Source: the human T2T-CHM13v2.0 reference genome, Homo sapiens
DNA length: 64,000 nt
Assembly (NCBI RefSeq): GCF_009914755.1
Contig: NC_060925.1
Strand: one strand, 5' to 3'
In this document: in pieces, positions 1 to 14,217 of the stretch
Layout of the letters: every line of letters starts with the position of its first letter
Position numbering within the stretch: the stretch's first letter is position 1
Program-made: the position numbers and the translations under genes
Notes under the pieces: generated by a model
Told to the model about the DNA's origin: nothing
What the model saw: the letters and a program-made list of their open reading frames with translations, nothing else
Database searches by the model: none

Positions 1-2443
1 TTCTTAAAGTGCTACCATTTATAAATTCAATAATTTTCCCAAGAGAGATAAGTTACATATAAGTTAAATGTCTTTTTCTCCTGAGCATTAGAGCATAAAA
101 TAGAATTTGAAAAGCAATAGGTTAACTCAACAATACAGCCTCACCACATTAGTAGCTGACACATGTTAACTGATTATTGAAAAAGTCATTTGTGGCACAG
201 GTTGACATAAGCTCGTGTATTGAGAGAGGCCAAATAACGGTGTGTAACTAACACCGGTTTTGGAATCATAGGCCTGGGATCAAATCCTGACTTAACTATG
301 TGATTCTAGGCAATCCTAGGCCTCAGTTTACATATCTGTAAAATAGGTATAATATTTTCCTTTTATGGTTATTGTTAGGTTAAATGAAACATGAATACAT
401 GAATGGTGCCTGGCACATAGTAACTACTAATAATTAATCTCTTGTGCTTATTAAATGCCAGCCACTTGACAGATTATTAAAACTCACACCAACCCCACAA
501 GTGAGTGTTGTAATTATTCCCATCTTAAAATGAAAACTTGACACTCAGCTATGTTCAGTAACCTGCCTGGGGTCATGGAGGTATTTGGAAATTGAGACTG
601 GAGCTCTGCCTATCTTAAATTTCTCAGATTCTCCTCTCTTATGCTGTCTTTCAATAAATGACAGCTGTCATTATTGCCCTCATCCTCACCCAGAACCCAG
701 TATAATTCAGTGGCCAGGCACATGGCTCAGGTTTGAAGTCCAAGGAGCTGGATGTTTCTTTCCTTTCAATAAATGACAGACATGTGACCTTGAGTGGGCT
801 CCTCAATTTCCCTATTCCTTGGTTTCCTCATTTGTAGGATGAGGAGGATAATCTAGTTTTAGGGTTGTTTTGAGGATACCTGGTAAGCTCTCAATACTTC
901 TGCTGCTTTTTATGTACTTAGTCAGTCCAACATGCTAAATAAGAATGAATTCTGGGTCTTGTCTTGCCCATGTTTTCGAAGCTTCTACTAAAAGTTTTTG
1001 TTTTTTAGCACTTTCCCTGAATCTCAGGTGTGAGTGCAGTAAAGGTGTTGGCTGAAGGGGGATGGAAACAAACGTTAATTACACCTTCAAGATTTCTCCA
1101 GTCAGAGTTTGGTCCTTCTTCTGGTAGGTGGTAAACTCTCTTCAGTTATATGGCCCTGAAAATCCTTGAAGCTCCATATATTGAAGGGATAATGGGCCAA
1201 TATGTGAACAGCATCTCACCACTCATCTTGTGATGTGCTTGGCAAACAAGCTCACAGCGACAGGGGCTCAGGATTTTCGGAATTCTATCTGCTCTGCAGA
1301 TTGGAGCCCGACTCCAAAGAGGCATTGATAGGGGGAGCTGATGCAGAGATGACTGCGTGACATGATAGCCGAGATACTGGACAATTCACTGTGTACTGTC
1401 CATTTAAATGAAAGGTTAGAGTTAAGAGCAGACACTGCCAGTGCTACCAAGGGATAATTTTTTGTATGCACGTGTGCTCATGTGTTTATATGCTTTTAGC
1501 TTTCTTTTTGATAGTAAATATAGGAAAAGACCTTTCAAAGACTATACATGCTAAGTTTCTGAGAGGGAAGAACTATCATTAAAAGCATAAAACATCACAT
1601 TATATTTGAGTTCAGTAACCTGAAGTTCAGCAAGTTTTCCACAGTCTCAGGTTTCCTAACAAGAAACAATGCACGTGTCTACTTCTGTACTTTCATAACA
1701 CTTTATTCTGTGCTACAGAATAAAGTATTTTAACACCCCTTTATCTCTCTCCTTTATGCACAGTGTGCATAAAGATGAGAACATCATGAACCAAGATGAG
1801 GCAGAACGACAGCACAGGGGTGGTTTCCATTTCAAGCTAGCTGTTTTCTGCATCCTCCCACCTCCTTCAAGAGTTGCATGCTTGATTGAATTAACTAATA
1901 CCAGTTGTGCTTTACATATTTGAGTTAAAATATATGTGTTACATGTCAACATTGTGCTAAAATGTATTACTGATTTTTTTATTAACAAGCACTGCTTTAA
2001 TTTAGTACTGAAGAAAGTCTATGTTTATTGGACAGCAATTTTATACCTGTGTATGAATACCTGAGTATGTAGAAGAATCAGATATGTGATTAGCTAAACT
2101 TCCAAAGTTGATAGAAACTAGGTGATTATTTAAATTGCACAAAACCCTGTATTTTACTTAAATTTCTATAAAAGTAATAATGTCTTACATTTGCTTAGTG
2201 AGAAATGCTTTGCAGATGCCTTTGACATATATTATCTCCTTTGTTCCTCTCAAAATTCTTATGAACTAAGGAGAGAGTGACTATTGTCTGCATGTTTTAT
2301 GGATAAGAAAAAGAGAAAGCATCCTTAGCACATTTGAAATGTATTACCTTTACAAAAAGGTAATTCATCATCACCTCTTTAGAAAGCACAATTCAATGTG
2401 GAAAGTAGGCCTACCTCTGTTTACTCTATGCATGTATAGTTAG

Positions 2444-4325
2444 TGTCCTGGTTATCTCTTGCTATGTAACAGATTATCCTAAAACTTACTGGCTTAAAAC
2501 ATCATTTTATTATGTCTCACTATTTTTTTGGTCAATAGTTTGAATAGGGCTCAGCTGGGTGATTCCTTTGTTCCATGTGGAGTCAGCAGAGATAACTTGA
2601 TGATACCCAGCTGCCAAATGAGCTGGTCTGGAGATTCCAGATGGCTTCATTTACAAATTTAGTGATGGGGATGGCTGAAAAGCTGGTCTTGGCTGGGACT
2701 GGCAACTAGAGTGCCTACATGTAGCCTTTCCAACATGATATTAGGGTAGTCAGGGACTCAGTGTTCCAAGAGAACTTAAGTGGAAGTTGTTGGTTCTTAA
2801 GGCCTGGATCCAACAACTGGCCCAGCATCACTGCTGCCGTTTTCTGTTGATCAAAGCAAGTCATGGAGCCCACCCAGATTTGAGGGGAGGGAATATCTGC
2901 CCTACCTCTTAATGGAAGGGTATCAGAGAATTTGTAGCAACCTTTAATCTGTCACAGTGCACATTTTGGCCATTGATTATGTTCCTTGCCTATGGGAAAA
3001 TACATTCACCCTTTCTAAAACCCCTAGACTCTCAACTCCTGATGGCATCAGAACACAGGCAGCATCAAGATCAGGCTCAAGATGCAGGATTTTATCATCC
3101 AAATCAGGCCCACATATGGATGAAACCCTTCAGGTATGTTTCTTCAAGTATGGTTCCTCTCGACCTGTGGACTAAAGAAACACATTATTTGCTCCTCCAT
3201 CCCCAAAACACAATGTCGAGATGAAGGTAAGAAAAATGCAGTTGGCATTCTCATTCAAAAATAGAATGAAAAGCAAAGAGCAGTCCCTAGTCTGTAGTAT
3301 TTCTGAAATCTTACTGGTCACATGTCCACATTCTTTTATTACATCTCAGTCCTGCTTCCTAGGAATTACATAGTAATATGACAAAATAATATAACTAATT
3401 ATTTAACTACAATAAACATTTCATTTCTAAGCTCACCTTTTTCTATACAGTATTATACATGCATAAAACAAATCATTTGGCACTTCTGGCATTCCTATCA
3501 GAGATCCAAACCCAGCCAAATCCATCAGTTCATTAGGTATATATTCTATTGTCTAGATCACAACAGGCAACAGTATTGTCAAAATTTCTGCCACTTCATA
3601 ACCAGGGTCACTTTTTCTCCAGCCTCCAATAGTAATTCCTGTAGTATCTTCCTCTAAGTATTCACTAGAAGTCTCCTTCAGGTTTTTCTATTCTCATTAA
3701 CAGTGTCCTCAAGATCTTTGCAGCGTTTGCTCATTGTCTGGTTCCAAAACCATGGCCACATGTTTTAGATAGTTATGGCAGCACTCCACTTCCAGGTATC
3801 AAATTCTGTTCTTATTATCTACTGCAGCATAGCAAATTACTCCAAAACTTAGTGGCTAAAAATAACAATCATTTTATTATATCAGGACCTTGTTGCTTGG
3901 GCATTTGGGCATGCCTCTGCTGGGTGATTCTTCCGCTCCATTTCAAATTGACTGAGGACACTCAATGGTTTTCAGCTGGTGGGTCGGCTTGTCAGGAGGG
4001 TCAGGATGGCTTTCCTCACATGACTGCCACTGGCTAGAAAGTGGGGTTCAGCTGGGCTTGTTGTCTGGAGTGTCTACACATGGCCTCTCTAGTAGGGTGG
4101 CTTTAGGGTAGTAGAACTTCTTACATAGTGACTAAGTGTTTCCAGAGAGAGTGTTCCAAGAGACAGAAAGTGAAAGCTACCAGTTTCATAAGGTGTAGAC
4201 TTGGAATCTGGGCTGGCTTCACTTTTGCTATGGCTTTACTGGCCAAACAGCCACAGAGACCACCCAGATTCAAGGCCATGGGATGTAGACCCTATTTCTC
4301 TGTGGGAACAGTGAAAAATTTTTAG
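2444..4325 (-). mobile_element. Ancient MaLR (MLT1-type) element: two LTRs (2444-2956; 3807-~4325) flanking internal sequence
   Basis: Two diverged direct repeats (..ttatct..gc....aaaactta.tggc.taaaa..atcattttattat..; ..cacccagatt..); internal segment ends ggtatcaaattc. Confidence 0.7.
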
Positions 4326-5454
4326 TATGAAAGAAAAATAATGTTTAGTTTTTCATCTTGAATTGCCTACTAGTGCTTACAAGGCTGACTGACTCAATGA
4401 ACTAATTCAGGTTTAGGAATTACACATTCGAGCTTCTGGTTCCATATCTCCCATTGCTTGGCTGCACTTGAACTGAGGTAAATAACCTTTAGGCTTTAAT
4501 TTATATCATAGGCAAAACGGAGATGATGATAACTGTTGGCACCTACTGGTTCAGGGAGATGTTGTGCCTCTTTTTATTTTTTTTTAAATCAGTATTTAAA
4601 AAGTATTCTCTAAAGTGCTCTAGGAAGTAGAATAATAAATTGCCGTGACAAATTGGACCATTACAAATTCACCACATATGTTTTTATTAAGATAGAAAAT
4701 TGGGTCTCAATATTGTGTAACATCAACAGGGATATGTAGGAACTCTAGTACTCACAGAAGTCTCACACCCCACACACACCAACCTGTGCCATAGCATACG
4801 CTTCCTCCATGTTTCATGTATGGCAGGCAATGTATGTTTTCTCACTGAATCTTTGCCACACTTTTTGGAGAGTTAGGTGCCATTATTAACATGTTAATCA
4901 TGTTTTCTGAAACATTTTTTTTTTCCTGGAGTTTAAATTCTAACACATCTTTTGCATATTTATACATAATGCATCTTTAAAGAATCTAATGAAACCTTTA
5001 GTAGAGTCTGTAGGGGTTTTGTTTAAATTCTGTGGAAATCATCCCTTTTTATTTTTATACAAATATTCTTGCAAAATGAGATAAAAGCAGATTTATGAAG
5101 ATATCAAGATGATATAACAAAGATGAGATACAAAATAAAAGCAGAGGCATTAGCAGGAGCTAGTTTTACTCATGGAAGCCAGAAGGAGGATGGGGTGGTT
5201 GATACTGTGGGAGGAGAGATGGGCTGGGAGCCAGGGCATCTGGCCCTGCTGTGCCATTAGATAGGAGCTAGGTATGCAACCTCAGAAAGCTTATTTCCTC
5301 CTCTAGGCCAAAGTTTTCTTCTGTGTCATATGACAGTATTAAACTAGATTAACTCTAAAGCCATTGCAACCTTAATATTCTTTTATTATTCCAAGTAAAG
5401 GGGATGAAACACTAAATCAACATTTCCAGGCATTAAGAAGGTGATTTGCAAAAA

Positions 5455-7380
5455 CATTTCATTTATTCTTTCAACAAGTCTTTGTTGAGACTCCTATGTG
5501 CCAGGCCTTATTCTAGGTATTTAGGGGTACAGCAGTTAATAAAAACTCCCTTCCCTCATGGAGCTTACATTCCAGGTTGGGGGATACAGACAATAAATAA
5601 TCTAAGTAAGTCAAACATATGATATGTTAGACAATCATAAGTGCTTAGCGGAAGATAAAGTAAGGAAGGTGGGTAGAGCATGCTGGGTGGGGTTTGCAAC
5701 ATCAAGTAGGCTAGTCTTGGAAGACTTCACTAGTAAAGATCTGAAGGAAGATGTGAGCCATAATGACTTTGCTTCCAGTTCATGGAGAGAATGAAAGCAT
5801 TTTCAGGGAGAGGAAACAGCAAATGTAAAGGTGCTGACATCGAAGCATGTCTTATATTCTCAAAAAATAACAAGGAAACCAGTATAGCTGGAGTGGATGG
5901 AATAAATGAGGAGCAGGGTACCAGGAGGCATGAGAGAAGACTCTGGGGAGATGTTGAGGAGAGAGTGCCATTTGGCATGTTTTAATGAAATAACTTTATT
6001 GCTTCATTAAAACAGTGTAGAGAATAGACTAGAAAAGGTCAAAGACGGAAAGAGGAGAACAGTTAGGAGGCTACTGCACTAATCCAGGCAAAAGATGATG
6101 GTGGCTCAGACTATAACGGCAGCAGTAGAAGCAATGAGAAGTGATGGGATTCTTGATGTGTTGTGAATGTAAAACCAATAGGATTTTTTGTATGTTTAGA
6201 ATGGGGGTATGAAAAAAGAGGACTCAAGGAAACTGCAAGGAGTTTTGACTTGAACTAAGAGTTGCTACTTGCTGAGATGGGGAAGACTGTGGGAGATGCA
6301 GTTTTTGTGATGCTGCTGTAGGCTATTAGGAGTTTAGTTTAGACATGTCAACTATTAGATGCCTGTTAGGTATCCATTCCATGCATGTATCATGTCTTAT
6401 AAAGACATGAGTGTGAGTTTCAGGGGAGAGAGCCAGGCTGGAAGTACCAATTTATTACAGCTCTGAGATTGGATGAGCTTCCCAATGGAGTAAACATAGA
6501 TTAAAAAAAAAAAAAGGTTCAAGGACTGAGCCTGGGGAGTAAAACTGCAGAGATGAGAAGAAGCATCGAGGGAAACAAAAAGAAGTGACTAGACAAGTAG
6601 TAATAAAACTGAACAAGCAGAGAGTCTGGAAGCTCAGTGGAGGAAAAAAAGTGTTTCAAAGAGGAGAGAGTGATTGTGTCCAATGCTACTGATTGTTTGC
6701 ATAAAATGAGGACTGAGAAATGACCACTGGCTTAGCAAAGTAGGAGTTTTGGTACCTTGATCAGAGCAGTGTCTGTAGAGAGGTGCAGGTGAAAGTCTGA
6801 TTAGAGTGAGGTCTAGAGAGAACAAAAGGAAAGAAATTGGAGACAGGGGATATGGACACTCTTTCAAAGAGTGTTGCTATTAAGGAAGTGTGAGAAAGGG
6901 GAATCGCTAGTAGGAATTGGAGTAAAGAGAGTCTTTTAAAAAATATGAGAAAACAAGATGTTTGAATGTTGGTGAGAGTGATCAAATAGAGAAAAAACAG
7001 GCAAAGTAGAAGAAATAAAAGAAAATCACTGGAACAGCGTCCTTCAATAGATGAGTAAAATAAGATCTAGCAGCAAGCTAAGGGGTTGATTTTGACTAGA
7101 AGCATGGCTAGGAGGAAAAGTTGAGCAGATGGGCACACATGCAGGAGAAAAGGAGGTGGTGCTGGAGGCTGAGTGCAGTTTCTTTTGATTGCTGTTATTT
7201 TCTCAGTGAACTAGGAAGCAAAATAATCAGCTTGGAGTGAGGATGACAGGGGCATTTAGAGGTTTGAGAAGGGAGGAGTAGGCATGAAACAGTTTTCAGG
7301 GGAGTAGGAAAGTTAATGGACTACGGAAATATTGTATGTTTGCTGGAGAGTATTAAGGACGTAACTGAGGTCAATACAGA
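5455..7380 (-). mobile_element. L2 LINE fragment
   Basis: Starts catttatt..caacaagtc..tatgtgccaggc (L2 3' end, antisense), then a purine-rich degenerate L2 body. Confidence 0.7.
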
Positions 7381-7701
7381 ACTCTTTGGTCTTCCAAAGT
7401 CATCTATGGCCAGTCCTTTTCAAACTGGTGTTCTTAGAGCAGGATATTCCTTGCAGCACTGAGAGGAGATGAAAGCCTGGAAGTGAATAAATGTCCTAAG
7501 ATGCAACTGTTGTAACATAGCCACTTCTTCTAGAACACCACCAATATTTCCTTGGGAAATATTGAGATTTCTTTCCCTAACTCCTTTCTTCCTTTCTTTT
7601 CTGGTCCTCTTCCTTATTTGTGCTAAGATACAGCTAGAGTGGTCGTTTATGGGTTTCAGGGAGCAGATCCACTTCCTGTACCTGATGGGTTTGTTTTACT
7701 G

Positions 7702-8075
7702 TTGTATTGGATAGCTTTTTCTATGTTATACTCTGGTAACAAACAATCACCATTTCTCAGTGGCTTACAACCATCTGGATTTATTTCTCTCTCTTGTTAC
7801 AGGTTGGCTGTAGGTCAGTTGCAGCTCTACATATCTTCATTCTGAAATTGAGTCCCTATTTAGGTCATGCCATTCTTTGGGCAGAGGGAGAAGAGCAATT
7901 GTGGAGCCACAAGATGGCTCTCAGTTTCCACTGGGAAGTGGTAATTGTCACTTTTGCTCACATTTCAATGGCCAAAGCAAGTCACATGACCAAGCTTGAT
8001 GTCAATGGGATGGGAAATTATAAGCTTCTTTTAGGGAGGAGAACTCATAATTTGGAACAATCATATAATTAGCTG
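7702..8075 (-). mobile_element. MLT1-type LTR fragment
   Basis: ctcagtggcttacaacc...tgctcacatttcaatggccaaagcaagtcacatgaccaag motifs. Confidence 0.6.
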
Positions 8076-8277
8076 CAACTTTTTCCATGTGTGGCAGTAA
8101 AAAATCATCCTCAAGCAAGACAGTGGGGCAAATTACCTCTTCCTAACCATGATCAGCATTGAGCCCTCAGGAGTAACCCCAAAGTGACTTGACATTTGGT
8201 ATGAATTTCTGGGTGCAATTTTATGTCTGGCCCTGTGGGCTAGATTATTTAGCTTTAGAATTTAGAAGCTGTCTTAC

Positions 8278-8782
8278 CTTCAGGGAGGCAGTTCATGTAT
8301 TTAATCACATACATTTTAGGTATTATAATAATAAAAGCAGCTATGCTAAATTTTACAAAATACATCTTATAAGCTGGAAGACAGAGGCCCATCCAGATCT
8401 GTCTTTGGAGACTTTCTTAAGTTCTACATACTCAAGATCAATTTTATGATAATATAAATACAATAGGAGAAAGAGCTCTGCTTGCAACTCAGTAATAAAA
8501 AATTCAGAGATGATAGGAAATTCCATATCTATTCTTGGCCTAGCAGGAGGAATTTTGTAGCTTGAGAAGGAGCTGGGATATTTCTCTAAGACACTGTGTA
8601 ACCAAGTCTCAGGCCCATGATTCACCACTTCTTCTTCTTTGGTGCTCTGCAAAATGCCATGGGTTGTTCTGAGTGATTGCCTCACCGTGGCATGATAGAC
8701 ATGAGAACTCAAGACGAGCAATGAAAGTATCATGATTGACACAAATTCCAAGTATGTTGGCTTAACTATTTTCATGTTTGTT
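8278..8782 (-). pseudogene. Candidate decayed first coding exon of an unidentified single-pass (type II-like) membrane protein gene
   Basis: Acceptor tcttctgtgttaacag|, aacaaacATG at 8775, 140-codon ORF with an N-terminal hydrophobic stretch, strong donor gaag|gtaaga at 8278; a second frame is open up to the donor. Confidence 0.4.
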
Positions 8783-9708
8783 CTGTTAACACAGAAGAGA
8801 CCAGGTTCTGCTGCTGTGTGTTCTTTAGTTGCATTTTAGTGAGACTTTTCCTCTCCCTTTATGAATATAGGATTCTGACAGCTGACAAATGACATTCCAA
8901 GAACTTAGCCAGAGCCCAGATTGTGCCCTGCTGTGGGAATTTCTCCTCATAGATTTGTCCAACAACTCTGCTCTGGAGAAAATGCTCAGGTGATGCATTC
9001 CCAGTGGTAGCTCAGTTCCCATCAACTCACCACTGGTGCCTGCATTAGGATGTTTTTCTTTCTTCAGGTATTTGTTTTCAGTCCATCTTCACCTCCCACC
9101 ACAGTGAATTTACTGTCCGTGAAAGGGACTGGGTAGCTCTCCCCTGAGACTACCCTGGGTTTATTTTTAGCACAGGCAGTTTGGAAAAATTACTTTCCCT
9201 TGCTGACTGCACCAGGACTCTCTTAACTCTGACACAGAATTCTGGACCTTTCACATTGGATTGAGAATGAGTGGGTAATCCATGCCTTCACTTTAGAGAT
9301 GGAGGAATCACATTACAACGGGGATAAAAAATTTGCCACAAGTTACCCAGACACTCAATTGAAAGAGCTTTTCTTTGATCTGTTGGTCTCAGATTTATAA
9401 GATGTTTAACAGTGTAAAAATTGCAAGTTAGTCTGACTAAATTGGACAGATTGCAGGTAAAAGCCCCGCTCCCTAAATCCCAATTGATCCCCTGAGCCAT
9501 TTGTACTACCTAAAAGTGGTATTATTACTTTCAAGCTACATGCTCAAAAATTATTTCCCTTGGGAACACACACCTAACCCAAACAAAAAGATTACTACTT
9601 TTTTTCTACTCATTCAATACCCTTTGTCCCAGCTATCTTGTTTCTTTCTTCCTATGTCTCATTCAACATTATATTCACATGCTATGATCTCCCCAGACCC
9701 CTGCAGAC

Positions 9709-9790
9709 TATTAGGTTGAACCACATGAAATTGCCAATATTCAGCTGGTTTTGACCAATAAAGGTGGTGATTTCATATAATTCAAGCAAA
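9709..9790 (+). mobile_element. MADE2 mariner-derived MITE
   Basis: TATTAGGTTGAACCACATGAAATTGCC...GATTTCATATAATTCAA, ~80-bp imperfect inverted repeat. Confidence 0.75.
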
Positions 9791-12700
9791 CCCTATTAGA
9801 ATGAGGTAGCAAATTGTGGAAGTTCTCATGCAGAACAATGCAAGTTATTGACCAAATCAACTACGGCTCCATACATGGAATCGAGTTGGATGTGTATCCA
9901 GGCTCTAATACAATCTGTTGTAAAATGCAGGCTAATTAGCATATTAAATGAGAATTTAATACTTGGAATATTAAAAGGGAATTTCAACTTCTGATAGGGA
10001 AAAAATGTATAACTGATGTGCACTCATGTATGTTAATATGCCAAGATTCTCTGTGTGCAACGGCTGTGACCACTACTCAGCATACGCAACTTGCTCAGGC
10101 CTTTGAAAACCAACTCTTTACATACTTTCTCTCCCCCACCACCCCCAACTTCCTCACTCTCTTTCTCTGTCTCTAGTCTCTCATAGTCAGACTTCTGAAA
10201 AGAGCAGTCTACACTCACTTTTCTACATTCTCTTTCTTATTCATCCTGTAGCTCACTGTAATCTGGTTTCTGTTCCCAACACTCCACTAAAATAGTTTCT
10301 GCCAAGGTCACTAATGAACTTTGATTGACAAATTCAACAGAAATGCTTCTGTCTTTATCTTTCTTAACTTCCCTGTTGCATTTGACAGATGTGCCAAGAT
10401 TTCCTTCTTAGTATTTCATCTCTTTCTCTGACTTGCATGATCTGCCTTTCTTTTGATTTACAGATATTTTCCCAAACCAGATTTTCAGCCTTTTGAGGGC
10501 ATAGGATTTGTGTCTTATTCAGCTGTGTATCCCAGGGCCTAGTTTAGTATAGCCTCTGCAAGGTGCTTATCTATATTTGTTGAATGAATGAGAAACAATG
10601 AATTAGCGAAATGACAGCACTTTGTTAATTATTAGTCATTGCAAATATTTAGTTTCTCTTTGGTTTAATCCCTATGTCTAGCAACTTCTCTACCTGACTC
10701 ACTGCCATGCATAATTTTAATAATGTATAGCTGGCAGGGTGCCACATTCTTCATGTTTTCGTCTGAGAAATCCTACTTGATAGTTGGAGGCAAGGCAGTT
10801 GAGACTGAAATCCCTACTGGTTCCTTTTCACATGGCTTCCTCTAATTCTGAGCAGTTATAATATGCTGGGCTATCACTCATGAATTTTAGTAACTCCTAA
10901 CTCCTAGGAAAAAAGATCTCTGTGTCCTTTTTTTCTTTTCCTCCCAAAAATGTGTCATTTTGAGATCCAATAAAGTGTGTCCAGCAAAAGGCCACTTGTT
11001 GCTTGCTTAACATATGACCTGAAAAACGGGGGATAAAACCTAACACAAGACTCAAGGATAACAAAAGAAACATGCCAATAGAAAATGCAATACACACACA
11101 CACACACAATTTATGCAAGTTTAATTTCTGTTGTTTTGGTTGGAAAAGAGCTGCAGGTGTCCTCTAATTATAACCCCATTTTCACAAATATCAACTGTCA
11201 TATTTAATCTGTTATATTCACCATATAGCCTACTGTTGCAGCACATTTCTTTCATTACAAATTTAGTAGCAGAGTTTCAAATGCTCAAACTAACATTCAG
11301 GCTAGTCAATTAATGCATTATTTACAAGTTAAATGTTATTAAAAACAGGTTCTTAATTTGCTAATGATTTACTAGACCCAAAGCAATATTCCAATTTTTT
11401 GTTGTTGTTGTAGTGTTTGAAAATGGAAGAACATTTAGAACAGTTGGGATGGGAGAGATGTCAGGGATACTTTGGCCTTTCTCATCCATTTCTGAATTTC
11501 TTTTCTGCATTCTTCCTTCTTGTGTGCTGTGTTTGATGCCTATATTAACCAGTTGCAGCATGGTTGAGAAGAAAGACTTATGAAAAACAAGACCAGCATA
11601 AATACTATTGTGAGGAGTGTTTTAAAAAATCACTGGGCAGTTTGGAATGACTAAATACACATGTTCCCCATACAATTTAGCATATTTTGATTTACAGTCC
11701 CATTCCAGCAGCACAACAGGTTAAGAAGTTTAGAAGTCCAGGAAATTAAATGTTATTGGCATTCCACTGTTGTCAGACTGCACACACTGAATATATGTCT
11801 CTTCAAATACACTTTGAAAGAGTTTAGAGTTTCTAAGGTTCTAGGGCCTCAGAATCATCCCAACAATCTGGATTTTCTTCTTTCTTTTAGTTTTCTTCCT
11901 CTTTTTTCTTTAACCTAGATCATGTTCTAAATCCATACCTTTCATGTTCCATAATTCCATGGCACACTACTTATTTATGAAAGATAATATGGGGGGTTGA
12001 GCTCTTTGATGAAAAATAATTCAGGTTCCATGAAGCCAGTTACCTCATCTTCATGCCTTTCTCTCCAGCTGTTTCCTTGGCCTAGAGGAATCCATTTTCT
12101 CCTCCCCACTTTTCTCTTAAAAATTTTAAAAAACCTAATTTTCTTAATAAAATCTTGTTAAATTTAAATGTAGCTCACAACAGTCATTCACTTCTCTGAA
12201 TTCTATTTTTTTATATTATTATATCATATAAATTTAAAGTATACAACATGATGTTTTGATATACGTATGTATAGTGAAATGATTACTACAGTCAAGCAAG
12301 TTAACATATTCACCATCTCACATAGTTACCTTTCTTTTTTTACAGTACAAGTACCTAAAATCTACTATCTTAGCAAATTTCCAGTGTGCAATATAATATT
12401 ATTGACCATGGTCCTCATGTTGCACATTGCGTTCTCTGAATTCTTATAACTCTTCACAAGAAAGTGTCATGTAGTCACTCACTTAAATTTATATTGCCTT
12501 TTATTTTCCTTACATGTAATTGTTTCTCTATAGGACAAGCTATAGAGTCAGAAAGATCTGCTATGAATTGATGGTGTTACCTAGGCCAAGCTATTTCTTT
12601 TCCCCAAGTCTCAACTTTTCTCATCTCTTAAATGGAAATAAAAACTCATATTGACTAGTTGTAAGAACTGGTGAGAGCATGCATGTGAAGAACCTGGTTA

Positions 12701-14217
12701 AATTGTAGCTGCCTGATACATGGCAGCTCCTGTTGCCATAATGAAATAAGACAATATATATAATTTGCCAGGTACAGTCCCTGGCTCATGTTTGGTACTC
12801 AATAAAATTTAATTCCCTTTGATACAATGAATAAGTCACAAGCATTTCTTGTTTTCATTTTCACTCAGAGTAAAGTTTTCTCAAGGGCAAAGACTAATTT
12901 TTTTTTCAAACTTTTCAGTTTGTGTGAATTAATGTTCCATCTTCTGTATTTTGGGAGGTATTCTGCACATCTCTCAGGAAACCCAGATGAAATTGAGTGC
13001 CTGCTGCCCACATCAGCAACCCAGGTAAGGCACTTTTTTGTTGGTTCTTCTTTGTTTCTCTTCTTACTCTCCCTGTTCTCTCCAATCCTCGGATCACCTT
13101 CTAAATACACTACTGGTATCCAAACCTTTGTCTCAAGCTCTACTATTGGAGGAACCCAAACTAAGTAAGGAAAAGATTCAAATGACAGAGAAAGACAATA
13201 GTGTACAAAATAGCAGAAGAACTTTCAGAGCTGTCCAAGGCAGCTAAGACAGGAAAATGTCAATGGAATAAGACAAAAATAGAATTCATTCATTCACTTA
13301 TAAAAAAAAAGGTACTTATTGAGCACCTAGTATGTACTGAACATTCTTAGGCCTTAGGGATATGGTAGTGATCAAAACTGGCAAGACATTTACATTGTAG
13401 TGAGGGAACATGCAATGAACAAGCAAATCAACATGCAAAATCATATCAGGGAGTGAGAAGAGCTTTGACAGTAAATGGCATAGTAAGAGACTGTGTGCAG
13501 GAAAGGTAGCTATTTTAGACAGTGTGATCTATTTAGAGTGAATAAAGGCCTACCTGGGAGGGTGATACTGGAACAGAAACTTGGTCAACGTGAGAATGAC
13601 CCACCTTTTGTCCAATGACTATCTTCTCCTGAAGTGCAAGCAGAAAAAATCATGTGTGCTAGCCTGGGTATGGATAATAAGACAGGATCAAAATGCTGCT
13701 AGTTAGAAAAATGGGATGCACATATTTCTCAGTGTCCAATCTTTCAGACTGAGTGCTGGGCTACTCCAAAATGGACCTTAGGACCGGATATATGCCTACA
13801 GCTCATGGGTAAGGCCTTTCTGTAGCAATACCTGGGGGGATTTCATCATTTTATCCTTCATTAAAAAAAAAAAAATCTTTTCTCCTGTCTTTCTTGTTCA
13901 GGGCATCTTTTTCTTCAATTTCTCAGATGAAAAGAATGCCTTTATTTAAATAAGACTTTAGGGCATATGCAGCGCATACTTTATCTCATTTGATTCCCAC
14001 ACAACTTTGTCCATTAAGTATTTTTATTATTTTTTATAGATGAGGAAACTGGGACTTGGGGGCTTTGCTTGAGAGAGCTGGGACACAAACTGAGTCTTTT
14101 GGCTTCAAGTCCATGATTCATTTCAATGCTGAGTCCACTGGCCCCTTAACCAATCTTCATCATTTTCCTGCTACCCCCATTGATGGCAACAGGATTTTAT
14201 AAGCTGATGATCTTCAC

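Noticed and set aside
1844-11556. Short similarity between 1844-1908 and 11501-11556 (ttttctgcat...accagttg; FCILP..CL..TSC)
   Set aside because: Only ~60 bp, gapped and AT-rich, with no extension into the flanks; compatible with chance.
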